From: Nemertoderma westbladi
Lineage: Eukaryota > Animalia > Xenacoelomorpha
Direction of reading: 5' to 3'
Assembly: GCA_032718475.1 (NCBI GenBank)
Contig: JAUCBJ010009108.1
Span: 62,001 to 126,000, forward strand
Length of the DNA stretch: 64,000 bases
Under the pieces are notes generated by a model that saw only the letters and a program-made list of their open reading frames with translations, made no database searches and had not been told where the DNA came from. Position numbers and translations under genes: made by a program. Below are positions 10,499-23,179 of this stretch, piece by piece; within the stretch, counting starts at the first letter, position 1, and every line of letters begins with the position of its first letter.

Positions 10499-12801
10499 TC
10501 AGTATAGAATGTACGAATCTCGCGCGGTGCACGCTCCTTATAAAGTGCGTTGCATCTAGCCGCTTTATCTGGATTCTCTCGTCGAAAGCGTTTGGTTGGA
10601 GTATGACTATTTGTGTGGAGTAACGCGTCGTGGTTACGTCCACATAGAGGACATGTATCGTCGCTCGGGCAATCCTTCCGGACGTGTCCAGGCTTGGTAC
10701 ATCTCCAACAAGAATCCAACGATCGAATTTGGAGTCTTCTTTCTTCAACTTCCAACTCTCTAAAAGCGCGACATCCACGTAGTTTATGTCCGCTGTGGTT
10801 TCTGCCGGTCCGCTCGCAATATGAGCATCCCACAAAGTCCGTCGGTAACTGTTGTCGTGGCGGCTGCTTGGTGCTGATAGGCGTCAGAACTTTAGAAGTT
10901 TCCATTGGGGTAGCATAAGTTACGGCTTTCGCGTTCGTTGGAAATGGTTTGGTCCGATTCGGCGCAGCACTAGCTATTCCTTCTGCCGCTATATGGTGAT
11001 CAGTGTAGTTTGATCGAGTCTCAACCACAGCCTCTCGCGAAATCAGTTGGTAGACGTCGGTAAGCTTTAATAGCCCGCCGGCCTCTTCACGCTGATACTC
11101 AATACGTCGCCATTCTCATCGTAATCGATGATAGAGTCGACCGATTATCCTAATTAGAACTGTCGGTGCGTTAGCGTACTCAAGTTGTCCAATGGACCGT
11201 AAAGTCCCTATAGCGTTCTTAATTTCGTCCGCGAGTCGTAGAAGATCGATCGGTTTCGAAATGCTTCCTCCTCTACAGAGGTCTTCGATAATAGATTTAG
11301 CCATGGCTACGTTGCCGCCGTAAAGCGAATACAAATGGTCGTACGCCAACTCAAAGGCATTCGGAACTCCAATAAAGGTTTCCGCTAATCGTTTCGGCTC
11401 ACCAGACAGTACCTGGAGCAAGTAGTTAAACTTCTCCATCGAGGTGAACGCACACTTAGCGATCTGGGACTCTACGTAGTCTACCAGCGTATGCCAGTGC
11501 TTTGCGTTGCCAGAGAACTTCTGTGGTTGTTGTGCCGGTAATCCATGTCTGGCCGCAAACTTCGCAATCTCGCTAACTAAATCCAACTGTCCACATCCCT
11601 GTTCGGTTATGTTGTCCAGTCGTTCCCTTCCGCGCATCGTCCGTCGGTAAGAAATATTAACGGGATCTTCTTCTCGATGTTTCGGAGTCTGTCTAGTCTC
11701 CTGTTCTCTCCTTGGTGGTCGATGTTGTCTAGGTTGTTCCAACTCCACACTGGTTCGTGATCGATCCGACGGTTGCGCTTCGAGTCGCTCTTCGAGTTGA
11801 GCTAGTCGGTCCGCCATCTCAGTGAACTGTTTGGCGCTAATCGCTTCCGCTGGTTGCAACGTGGGTTTCTGCAGGGGTGTTTCTCGTGGAGGATTGTCGA
11901 TGTATGGGTTCGTCGATCTCTCCTCTCGTTTGTAATCAGCTGCCGCTCTAGTACGGAATATTTCCTGTTCCGTCGACTGCATATCGCTGGATGAATCGCT
12001 GTCGTCAGGATACGGTGGTTGGCGGGTTCGCGCACGGCGTATTACTCTTGGTCGAGTTCGTTGTGGTCTGGGATCTACGGCTCTCCGTTGTTCGGTAGGC
12101 TCGCAAGCCTTCCACGAAGTCGTAGGTCTCGTTGAACTCAGTTCGATCCTGTGGGTACTACCCACATCCGTCGTCCTTCGTTGTTAGGTAGGCTCGCAAG
12201 CCTTCCACGAAGTCGTAGGTCTCGATAAACATTGGGTGAGGCTGAGGGGTCTAGTAAAAACATCAGAGTTAAGTGCTACTGTAGGTTTATAAATGACTGG
12301 GTTCACGCGGCACGTTACAGGTTTAACTTGTAATGGTTTACTCACCTGTTTTATCGTCATAAACGCAGGTTCGTCTCTCTCTACAAGTAAACTACGGCTT
12401 ACAGTAGGTGGACTACTTATCTTACTTGCGAGAATCAGCAATGAAGTCGCTCGTGGCTGCGGAATCGATTCCGACATAACAAACCTATTACCTTGCACGG
12501 GTGATATTTCTTTCAGTTTTGCAACTATAAGCGGTTTTACTGGAGTCGTGGGTTTGAGCATAGGAATAACTTGGGGAAAACGTTGACAGTAATCCTCGAC
12601 GAACTCCTCTCCTCAATCTATCGCTCCCACACTTCCTTCCTCGATTCGCTTCTGAATTCCGCGATATCGAGTCTCCATGCAATCCAGGGGAGACAAGTCA
12701 TGTCCAGCTCGAGACCTTATAGATCTATCTCTCGCGTCGAGTTCGAGGTCCTCTTGCGCAGCAGCAGAAATGACCCCCTCGCTAATTGCGCATTTGTGCA
12801 T
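10411..12801 (-). pseudogene. gag: BEL/Pao gag (capsid-like region plus triple Zn finger)
   Basis: ORFs 12613-12801, 12184-12561, 11116-12165 and 10411-11028 share one frame, split by in-frame stops. Motifs PQKFSGNAKHW...EKFNYLLQVLSGEP...LYSLYG and CSYC..H..C / CWRCTKPGHVRKDC / CPLCGRNHDALLH. Confidence 0.88.
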
Positions 12802-13349
12802 AAGCAGTAACCAAGGCGACTGCTCGCGATGTTAACTCGATATTAGTAGCCCTGTATGCCCCTATGACTAAATATGTTGAAATTAGTTCAAAGGATTAAG
12901 AAAAATAGCCTTGAGGCTATAATAGAAATAGGTCCGTTGCAGAGGAATGGGATTAGTAGAGAGGAATGCATGTATATTACGAGGTGCCTGGATACAGCCA
13001 AGGGATCAAAGCGATGCCAGTTATGGTATCATCAGAGGAGGGTCGCTGGACCATTAACCTTGGGTTATTTATGGATTTGATGCAGTCAAGGCCGCACTGG
13101 GTTATTAGTGAGTCATCGAAGGGGCCGCTAACAGAGGAGCGTAGGATTACGTGGATTGCGTAGGATTACTAGTGAGGCATTGAAGGGGCCACTAAGGACA
13201 ATGGAAATGGTTAGCAATGGCTCGTTCACTGTAAATGCGGCTTGCGGGAGCGATGACAAGGGGAGGGGGTCGCCGATGAGTGTAGTTGATGGGTTGGCGA
13301 GATGAAACTTCGTGGTGAGATGGTTCCAATAATGACGTCATTTAGCAAT

Positions 13350-13560
13350 GGTAAGTAATACAAATAATTAAAACTAAAAGTAGAAAACAATATATAAAGT
13401 AAAATTAAGTACAAATAAATAAAGTAAAAATAAATACAAATAATTAATTAAAATTAAACACAAATAAATAAAGTAAAAATAAATACAAATAATTAATTTA
13501 AATTGAATACAAATAAATAAATTAAAATGAAATTCAAATAAATAAGTATTAATAAATAAA
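13350..13560. repeat. AT-rich low-complexity tandem repeat
   Basis: Repeated AAATAAATAAAGTAAAAATAAATACAAATAATT-like units. Confidence 0.7.
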
Positions 13561-13588
13561 AGAGCCGCAGTGTCACTTATGACACCCT

Positions 13589-13876
13589 TTAGTCATCTTT
13601 GCGACAGTTAGACCTCACTGATGACCATTGCGTATCAGGGCGCTAATCAGTCTGATTAATTAGGATAATCAATTAAACCCTAATTAGGAGTCATAAGACA
13701 CCTATTTGGGTTTAATTGTACTAATTAATTGATGACACCTGTCAGTTAGGGTCTAATTAGCCTAATTAGGTGTCACCCAGACAGTCTGGTGCCAATGACA
13801 CCCATAGGGTGATAATAGGGTGTCATAAGACACCCAATGGGTGTCAGTGAGGTCTAACTGTCACAAAGAGGACTAA
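13589..13876. mobile_element. MITE/foldback element
   Basis: TTAGTCATCTTTGCGACAGTTAGACCTCACTGA is inverted to TCAGTGAGGTCTAACTGTCACAAAGAGGACTAA; internal GACACCC/GGGTGTC subrepeats. Confidence 0.65.
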
Positions 13877-15304
13877 GACTCTACTACTATGAAAGTCAGA
13901 TAAAACCTTTTTCAATTAGCTACTGGGATGGGGGATTCAATGACAAGTAGGAGGATGTGACAATGGACGGATCTCATTTATCATGTGTGAAGGCCTCACA
14001 AGTGAGACTATGGGAATCCGACAGGGGTATAACATCTGGGAGAGTACGAGGAGTTGAGTGGTGAGGGGTGCAACATCCAGGAAGTGTGGGGAGCGAGTCG
14101 AGAAGGAGTATGACTCCTATGGGACTAATGAGACGTGTGAGAAGTGAGGAAATTGGGGCCCGGGGGATCAGATCCAACGGTACCGAATTTAAAATTGTGT
14201 AAGGAAGAGGCGATTGTCTAAATAGAGACACCGCATGACTTGGTGCGCCTTTGCTTGCAAGAGTGCCAAGGGTGGGTAGTAAGATCAGACCCAGTGGGAC
14301 CAGATTGGGAGACTGGTCCTGGAGAAGATAGTCCCACCCCACATCCGATACTAGATCGGATTCCCTGGAGTGGAGCACACTTTGCGGTAGATGCTTTCTT
14401 CTAACCGGGAAGATAGCATGGGGGGTGTTAGCGGATGCATTCCACTAAGCACTTCCAACCAATAAAATGGGGGGGGGGGGGGGCAATTTATCAAGTCGGC
14501 AACCGAGGTATATCTAATAAGGCATACCAACCAAAGGGATGAAGCAATAGGAAAATCCAAGAAGTGGACTAACAAACCACCCCGGTGAGTCAAGGCCAAC
14601 AAGTCAAAGGGGGGCAGGTTTATGAGGTGATGTAGTAAGGCAACCAATTGGAGGGCAGCACCTGTTAGATTTAGCTGTTTCGACCATGACAGGCCAATGA
14701 GATGTGTTAGCCTTACAGGAAATGTATATTTTCACCCTATATATTAACGGTCACGTGCATTGTAAATCAGCTGGAAATTTATCCAGTATCTATATTATAA
14801 GGTGAACTATTTTCACCATATGCCGTATATCAATACTGCTGACCATGCTGTAATCATTATACTGGTAAACTGTGCTATTCTATTTAGAGTATTAACAAAA
14901 TCTATGATCAGATAACTCTAGCATTTACAGTTTTATCAAGTCTACGGCCAGTCAGTATTATCCAGCAGTGACGCGTAGAAACATCACTAAGACGAACAGT
15001 CGGGATCCCAGGCTAACCAGGGTCCCATCACAATTGTTCCAATTTTTTGAGCTCCGTAGTCATTATCCAATTCTCCAAAAAGACTAACATAACGGCCTTC
15101 CTAGTTTATTTAAAATTTGTTTCACTGGCATACTGTCGTGTCTTGTATCAACCAATCACTTGGTTGTAATGAAAAAAAAGTAAAACTTTGTAACTTTACC
15201 AATTTCCTCCATAATGAAAATGTTAATTAGCTACAAAACATCCGGTCACCTCAATACTGAATATACCAACAAGGAACAAACTTGTATAAGTGTCGAACAC
15301 ATGT

Positions 15305-15779
15305 TGGCACATACCATTATAATCTTAAGGCTATAAGGCATATTGTTTGTAAAGTAAATTAATTCGAAATTAACAGGTTAATTTCTATATTAAACTATAC
15401 ATACTAAGTAATGTAGGTAGGACATAATTACGTGGCTCCTAATATGTGTCAATTATGTTCCAATTTTGTTTCAACTAAACAGAGACATACTAGTGGCAGC
15501 ACGTGCGCCAATTAGCGCACATGGTATCAGCAACACGATGTTAAACTAATCCTTCTGTTGTTGTCGGATTGGTTTTTATTACCTTATTTAAATATGGGAG
15601 ATATGACGTTTGCTAAGGTTAATTGTCACTTTCCCAATAGGAATACTGTATGTCACTTGCCCAATGATTCAGTTGCCCAATAAAAAGAGACAGGGGGGAA
15701 ACTCGACGCAAAACCCGCCTTGGCGAATTAATATCCCGCCTCAATGTTGAATTCTCAATTTAGGGAAAGGAGCAGCTTA
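15305..15779 (+). repeat. 475-bp direct repeat, left copy, flanking the RTE LINE
   Basis: Near-identical to 17762-18236, with only a few substitutions or indels. Confidence 0.93.
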
Positions 15780-15838
15780 AGAAAGGAGCCCCCCCCCCGC
15801 TTTTGTTTCCATGCAATCCCAGGGTGTTCGGACACTTC

Positions 15839-17762
15839 TGAAAGAAAGAGTCCCGACTCAAACAGACTACAGCGGCCAAGAATGCAGTTAAGGCTGCATC
15901 TAGGTCCCTGAACAGGCAGTACTCTGTTAATCTACAGGAGCTAATAAACCAACAGGTTGATGCCATCAATGATGCTGACGACAGCAGGCAATCATCCCAG
16001 ACATGAAAATCAATCAATCTGCTTACTGGGCGGAAAAGCCAACCAACCATCAAGGTTAAGGCTGAATCACCAGCCGATCGCCTCAATGGTTGGAAAGCCC
16101 ACTTTGAAAAGCTCCTCAATAATGACAGGGTATTGATTGCCTGATAACTTTATAGAAGTAAAAGTGTCTGAGTCTGTACTCCCAGATATTCCCATTGGCG
16201 ATATCTCCTTTGCAGAAGTGAAGGCTGCTGCAAAGAGCATGAAGACCAATCGTGCCAGTGGAGTAGATGGTGTTCCCCCTGAGGTCTTTAAAATACCTGA
16301 GTGTTTAAAGCTCATCTATCCCATCATAGTAGACATGTACCGAACAACAAGAGTCCCACAAGAAATGAAAACAAATAAGTTGGTGCCAGTTCCCAAGAAG
16401 GGCAACCTAACACTCTATGGTTCTTTTCGGGGAATCTCATTGATCTCGATTGCTGCAAAGCTATACAATAGGATTCTATTAAATCGCATCAGGGATCCCA
16501 TTGAGAGACTGCTCCGTGGAAATCAGAATGGGTTCCGTAAAGGTCGTGGAACCATGGAGCCCATTTTGGCACTTAGAAGGATAATTGAAGAATTATCAAA
16601 AAAGAAAGACAGGCATCTGGCTGTTATCTTTGTTGACTTCTTCAAGGCCTTTGATTCAGTCTCTCGCTCACGTATGTTCAGCATACTTTCATTATATGGG
16701 ATTCCTGATGAAATTATTGCAGCAATCAGATCAGTATACGATGGTTCGACAACATTTGTGTCTACTGTTGACGGTGACACAGAACCATTTGAAGTGTTAT
16801 GGGGCGTATTCTTGTTCATTATTGTGGTTGACTATGTTCTACGCATGTCCTTAGATCATCATAATGATGATGGGGTGATGATAACTCTACCTACTGGCTC
16901 CAGAAGTCGAGGAAATCCTGCCAAGTACCTAACTGATCTAGACTTTGCTGATGACTTAGGAGTACTCTCAGAATCATTAGAGGGAGCCCAACGGCTCCTC
17001 ATCTCATTAGAACATGCTGCTCCTAGTGTTGGTCTTTTTATTAACTCCAGAAATACCAAAATTCTGACCGTTAACTTTGAAAGTCCTCAGCAAGTCTCTG
17101 ATCGGATGAGCATAAGCTCAAAGGATGGTATGCTTGAGCATGTGGACGACTTCTGTTACCTGGGTTCATGGATCCGGAAGTCAGGTGAGGACCTTCGAAT
17201 ATGTAAGGGAAAGGCATGGGCAGCCTTGAATAGGCTTTCCAGGATTTGGAAGTCACCGAGAATTAATCGGAAACTTAAGGTCCGATTATTTAGAGCAGCA
17301 GTAGTTCCAGTACTCCTCTACGGGAGTCCATGCTGGGCTCTAACTGCTGAGGACACCAAATCTCTGGATGGCACATTCACAAGAATGCTACGCCGGGTTC
17401 ATTGTGTCAAGTACAATGCACACATCTCCAACCAGACACTATTTAACATTGGAGGTGTCTCATTGGTTCCCCCAAGCTTGACACTAGAACAAAATCGCCT
17501 CCGCTTTGCAGGACATTGCTTTCGCCGTGAGGACCAGCCAGTGCATAATCTTGTATTTGGCAGCCTCATGGAGTGAATAAGCATGGTGGACAGCCCATGA
17601 CTTTCTTGAGACGCATCTTAAAGGAACCTGGCCTTAAAGATGCGGATGATCTAGCAAATGTCATGGGTGATAGGGAGTTGTGGCGGTGCAATTTTGTTGA
17701 CAAGCCGGCACAGCATTCTTAAAAATGCAGCTGCAATGCAGCATGCCGATCCTAGTAGTAGT
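15839..17762 (+). mobile_element. 5'-truncated RTE-like non-LTR retrotransposon
   Basis: RT ORF 16137-17576, no endonuclease domain, short (TAG)n tail; second copy at 58335-59972. Confidence 0.88.
16137..17721 (+). pseudogene. LINE reverse transcriptase, defective
   Basis: ASGVDG, PVPKKG, FRGISL, QNGFRKGR, FVDFFKAFDSV, DLDFADD, FCYLGS, LLYGSPCW, FAGHCFR. The QGD motif is missing and a frameshift lies near 17555; the ancestral frame runs to about 17721. Confidence 0.88.
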
Positions 17763-18236
17763 GGCACATACCATTATAATTTTAAGGCTATAAGGCATAT
17801 TGTTTGTAAAGTAAATTAATTCGAAATTAACAGGTTAATTTCTATATTAAACTATACATACATAGTATTGTAGGTAGGACACAATTACGTGGCTCCTAAT
17901 ATGTGTCAATTATGTTCCAATTTTGTTTCAACTAAACAGAGACATACTAGTGGCAGCACGTGCGCCAATTAGCGCACATGGTATCAGCAACACGATGTTA
18001 AACTAATCCTTCTGTTGTTGTCGGATTGGTTTTTATTACCTTATTTAAATATGGGAGATATGACGTTTGCTAAGGTTAATTGTCACTTTCCCAATAGGAA
18101 TACTGTATGTCACTTGCCCAATGATTCAGTTGCCCAATAAAAAGAGACAGGGGGGAAACTCGACGCAAAACCCGCCTTGGCGAATTAATATCCCGCCTCA
18201 ATGTTAAATTCTCAATTTAGGGAAAGGAGCAGCTTA
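17762..18236 (+). repeat. 475-bp direct repeat, right copy
   Basis: Matches 15305-15779. Confidence 0.93.
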
Positions 18237-18395
18237 CAGTGGCAGGTTATTTTAACCAAAACAATAAACTAAACACAATAGAACAGGTTACAGTTTTATT
18301 TTTGAAAATAAGCAGCTGTTATTTGCGTCGAATTTCCCCTGGAGAGGGATGAATTTTATTGCGTCCAGTCCCCCCCCCCCCCCCCCCCCCCTATA
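18144..18395. mobile_element. ~250-bp MITE family with poly-G/poly-C TIRs
   Basis: GAGACAG(G)n..GACGCAAA ... TTGCGTCCAGT(C)n; other copies at 24635-24873, 37434-37694 and 44192-44449, partial copy at about 15687-15779. Confidence 0.8.
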
Positions 18396-18836
18396 TGAAT
18401 AAAAATCAGACGAGTCACTTGCCCATGCCCAATGGGCCACTTGCCCAATAGTTTAAAATAGAAAAGTCACTTTCCCAATAGGTCACTTTTGCCCAATACA
18501 TTACCATTAATTGCCCATTAAAATACCACTTCACTTTTATATGCTTTTAAAATTCTTATCTTGCTTATTAAACTACTAATTTTATCAATATTGTATGTAA
18601 GAGGTGTTCGTAGACAATTAAATGGTTCATTCAAATTTATTATTGACAATATGTTAACTAATTTGTAATAATCAATGTAGTATATTAACAGTATGTACAC
18701 AAACACATCCCTTATATAAGGGTAAATTAACAAAAAGGTAATTATACAGAGATGCAGTGGATCACTATCTCTTTCCTAGTAAAGATTTGCCCACACCCCC
18801 CCCCCCCCCCCCGCTTTTGTTTCCATACAATCCCAG

Positions 18837-20076
18837 GGTGTTCGGACACTTCCCCCCCGGACACTTCCCCCCCCGGACAGTTCCCCCCCGGACAGTTCCC
18901 CCCCGCTCAAGTAGGACACTTCCCCCCCGGACAGTTCCCTCCCGCTCAAGTAGGACACTTCACCCCCGGACACTTCCCCCCCCCGGACACTCCCCCCCCC
19001 CCCCCCCCGACTGTTCGCACACTAACTTCGCACATTCGTATTTTTCATTTTGTAAGGTAAACGGGCCGCTTGTATCCAGACAAGTTGTATCCAAATTTCC
19101 TTTCGTAGCTCAGAAAGTGATCTTTTGCATCCCGATTTTACATTTTATATCCAAGTTTTATTTATGGGTTTTATCAATGCAATTACATCGTATTGTTTGC
19201 TAATCTTTAAACAATTAATTAGATGACCTATAAATTCCATCCCCCGAATGATATACTGTTTTTATTTTAACTATAGAATTATAATAATTAATTGTTTTAA
19301 TTATAAGTATTATTATGTAATAGTCTTCTTCAAATTGTATCAAATGGGGATGAATATTATTGTTGCAATTAAAATTATACATCTCCAGGGTAAAATCGAC
19401 ATGCGTCGACCTGTATTCTGTGTTCAGCATTACATATTGATATACATATTACTATACATACATACTATATATATAAATATTATACACACTACATTTTAAT
19501 TTCCTGGTTACTTGCAATATTTTTAATATGATTTTGTTGAATTATATAATATTGTAGTAATTTATATATTAATTTGGTTAACATTCAATACAGCTCCTAC
19601 TTTAGGCTTAGTCAATTTATTATCTGATGATACAAACATGAATTGATTAATTCAAAACGGTCTCAAAGTCTTTCACCACGGGCACACAGGGAAATGCCGG
19701 GGTTTGGGGGCAGCAGCCCCGAACAAAAGAAGCGGGGATTTGGGGGCGGCAGCCCCCAAGAAAAGAAGCGGGGGTTTGGGGGCGGCAGCCCCCAAGAAAA
19801 GAAGCAGGGGTTTGGGGGCGGCAGCCTCCAACAAAAGAAGCGGGGGTTTGGGGGCGGCAGCCCCCAATTGAAAGAAAAACAAACAAAATTTGACTATAAA
19901 AATGTTTCTTTTATAATTTTGAAAAAACTTGTCGAGGTACAACTTGTTCCGTAACCATCTTTAACTTTTGTTTATTGCTTTGATGCACCCAGATTAAGGG
20001 CAAGTGTCCGGGGGGGGGGGAGTGTCGGGGGGGAAGTGTCCGGAGGGAACTGTCCGGGGGGAAGTGTCCTAGATCC
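18837..20076. mobile_element. Non-autonomous MULE/foldback-like element with TTCCCCCCCGGACA subrepeat TIRs
   Basis: Inverted subrepeat arrays at both ends; 8-9-bp TSD (C)AATCCCAG on both sides; internal 36-bp tandem repeat at about 19697-19868. Confidence 0.8.
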
Positions 20077-21235
20077 AATCCCAGAATATTTTATTGCGTT
20101 GTTTAAATCTCATAGTATGAAAGGGACTGCACTGGGATAACATGTTTGTAATTGTTGAAACTATAGTGGCGTGCTATTGCATCATATCTTGCTCAAAATT
20201 CAATATTTGAAGTGGGGTTGCAATATAAAAAAAAACTGCAAAATATTGACACAGTTCAGTTTAAATATTGACACAACAATATAATATTGACACAGTACAA
20301 TATAATATTGACAAAGTACAATATAATATTGACACAGTACAGTTTAAATATTGACGCAGTACAGTTTAAATATTGATGCAGTACTTAAATATTGACACAG
20401 TTCAGTTTTAATATTGACGCTGTACAATACTGTATGAAATGACAATTCAAATTTCCCTCTCCACACATACATGTACTATTTGATTGGATAGTTAATCCAA
20501 TGTACCACCAGTACATAGATGTCAGTGCCATACAGTACGTCATTCCTTATCCTCACTGCTTTAATATAAAAGTACAGTGATGTACTAAGGCATACTGCAG
20601 TGGAGTACATTTAGTACTAACGCTTAGATGTTGAATTTACAATTCAGATATCAGCCACTCAGGTTGTCAGGTAATAGGAATAACCTCATTAAATATTAGC
20701 CAATTAGGAGACAACTGCTACACAGGGTATTGAATGATTTATAAAATAAGCAGACTGATAGCTCGCTGCCCGTTATTTCAACAATACCGGTACAACAGCA
20801 ATAATGTTAATTCAGTAATTTTGTTGTTTTATTACTGTACTGTATTCTGTATTCGCAATAATTTTTATTGTCTGTTTAAATCCTTTTTTTGTCCTTTTTT
20901 TTTGTCTTTTTATGTCCTCCAGAAATCTACCGTTAGGTTCCATGCTACCGGTTTCTCTACTGCTGTTCTCTCAGGCTATCAGTACCGGTATTAGTTTTTT
21001 TTTTACTTTTTATGTCCTCCAGAAATGTACCGTTAGGTTCCATGCTACCGGTTTCTCTACTGCTGTTCTCTCAGGCTATCAGTACCGGTATATAGAGCAC
21101 TATTTTGCAGTATTGCATGTACAGATGTAGGTATAAAGCAGGTATTTTAGTACCGGTACCGGCACCGGTACTGCTGTAGGCCTACTGTGTAGCCTACCAT
21201 TTAAATACGGTACTGGTAGGCCTACCGGCTAACCG

Positions 21236-21900
21236 GTTGTTTTCGTTAGAAAATCCCGCCTCTGTAACCTGCTCCTTTCCCTGATTTGGTAAAAGTGACC
21301 GTTTATTGTTTTGGTTAGAAATCCCGCCTCTGTAACCTGCTCCTTTCCTTCATTTTGTAAAGTGACTGTTTATTGTTTTGGTTAGAAAATCCCGCCTCTG
21401 TAACCTGCCCCTTTCCCTCAATTAGTTAAGTGATCGTTTATGTTTTGGTTAGGAAATCCCGCCTCTGTAACCTGCTCCTTTCTCTCAATTGGTAATGTTA
21501 TCGTTTATTGTTTTGGTTAGAAAATCCCGTCTCTGTAACCTGCTCCTTTCCCTGATTTGGTAAAGTGACTGTTTATTGTTTTGGTTAGAAAATCCCGCCT
21601 CTGTAACCTGCTCCTTTCTCTCAATTGGTAATGTTATCGTTTGTTTTCGTTAGAAACTCCCGTCTCTGTAACCTGCTCCTTTCCTTGATTTGGTAAAGTG
21701 ACTGTTTATTGTTTTGGTTAGAAAATCCCGCCTCTGTATCCCGCTTCTTTCCCTCAATTAGTTAAATGATCGTTTATTGTTTTGGTTAGAAAGGCCCGCC
21801 CCTGTAACCTGCTCCTTTCCTTCATTTGGTAATGTAACTGTTTATTGTTTTGGTTAGAAAATCCGGCCTTAACCTGCTCCTTTCCATCAATTGGTAATTG
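21236..21900 (+). repeat. ~67-68-bp tandem satellite, about 10 units
   Basis: GTTTATTGTTTTGGTTAGAAAATCCCGCCTCTGTAACCTGCTCCTTTCC units. Confidence 0.9.
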
Positions 21901-22593
21901 TTTTTGGCTATAAAATGAGTGTTTTGCTACGTCATGTGGTAATCGATTATCGACAACAACCACAAACTATTAAATTTTTTAATAAATAATTAAACTTATT
22001 AAATTCTTTTTACCACAGGCGCATATGGAAATCTATCTCATAGTCTATAAATCGTGGAATAATTGAATGTTTTGGCACAGGCATAGTGAAACCAACTGTC
22101 CGACAGACCAGAAATCAACAAATTTTGAATGTTTTGGCATAGGCATGTTGAAATCAACTGTCTGACAGTCCAGAAATCAGCAGTCTGACATAAAAAAACA
22201 TAATAACAAAAAATACATAAAAAGTCATTAAAAGGACAACAAAAGTCATTAAAGGGACAACAAAAGTCATTATGCACAATTCGTAAAAAAAGGAGGACAA
22301 AAAAGTCAAATAAAAGGACATAAAAAATCACTCCTTATGTATTTATTAGCTAGGCCTATGTACTGTATTATTAATTTTGAAGTTATTAATTTCTCTTGAC
22401 TGTTAGGCCATACTGTGCGTGGTAGGCCTCTTATGTATGGCATCATATCTGGCTCAAAATTCAATATTTGAAGTGGGTGTTGCAATATTTACAAAAACTG
22501 CAAAATATTGACACAGCACAATATAATATTGACACAGTTCAATACAATATTGACACAGTTCAATATAATATTGACACAGTACAGTATAATATT

Positions 22594-23179
22594 TGTAGGC
22601 CTTGGTATGTTAAGACTGTGATGGGATCCGAGAGGATCCCGGTTTATCCGGTGTTGTTTCGTACGCGTCAGCCGCACCGTGTGATGGAAAAGGAGTTTGT
22701 TGTTCCAGTATTGTTAATAATATGAAATAGGTGATAGCATATACAGATATAGATTGACAGATAGCACCAATGACTGAATACTGCTGGTAATATGGGTGAC
22801 GGTGGCGACGGTCTTAACAGTCACCGTACTGCCTGACTGTACTGGGATGACTACTGAGTAAACTAAACTGAATAGGGAAGCACCAACAGGTAATATACTG
22901 CACAGTTGGCCATATTACTGTATCTAGTCGATGCTGTCCCCCCATTGGCTAATATCCCACTTCTCGCCCTTTCACCTTCCCTGGTGTGTTTCCCGTTGCC
23001 CCTGTTGTTCTCTCTCTGTCAGGGGTTTGGCCCCTGACCCTTATTGTGTGTTTCTCCTTCCCACTTTATTGGGGTGACACGAGGTTGATATTGGTAATCA
23101 ACCTCGTGCTCCCAATATTGCTTCACAGTTTAATGGCTCACTCCATGGGGTTTGGTTAGCGGAATTGGATAAGCTAACA
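22594..23179. mobile_element. Solo LTR
   Basis: TG...CA ends, 586 bp, 5-bp TSD ATATT; interrupts the 21-bp array. Confidence 0.75.

Larger units (their letters stand above)
1228..12206 (-). repeat. Dispersed 20-nt hairpin motif (plus strand GGTAGGCTCGCAAGCCTTCC), 11 copies
   Basis: Copies start at 1228, 1323, 2732, 4303, 5452, 6709, 9404, 9480, 9558, 12094 and 12187; all in the same orientation. Confidence 0.93.
1228..12840 (-). mobile_element. Degenerate BEL/Pao LTR retrotransposon body (gag-pro-RT-RH-IN plus accessory ORF); LTRs not identified
   Basis: Minus-strand domain order gag, protease, RT, RNase H, integrase with Pao-type motifs; many stops and frameshifts. Boundaries approximate. 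Confidence 0.92.

Noticed and set aside
6697-10918. Plus-strand ORFs overlapping pol and gag
   Set aside because: Antisense shadows of the retrotransposon coding strand with no independent motifs.
12840-13345. 5' LTR or primer-binding site of the BEL/Pao element
   Set aside because: No convincing tRNA-complementary site and no matching partner repeat.
13900-14700. GC-richer minus-strand ORFs, possibly a LINE remnant
   Set aside because: No diagnostic motif recognised.
21236-21900. CRISPR-like regular repeat array (also 30320-31240)
   Set aside because: The intervening segments are variants of one another rather than unique spacers; no cas genes; eukaryotic context.
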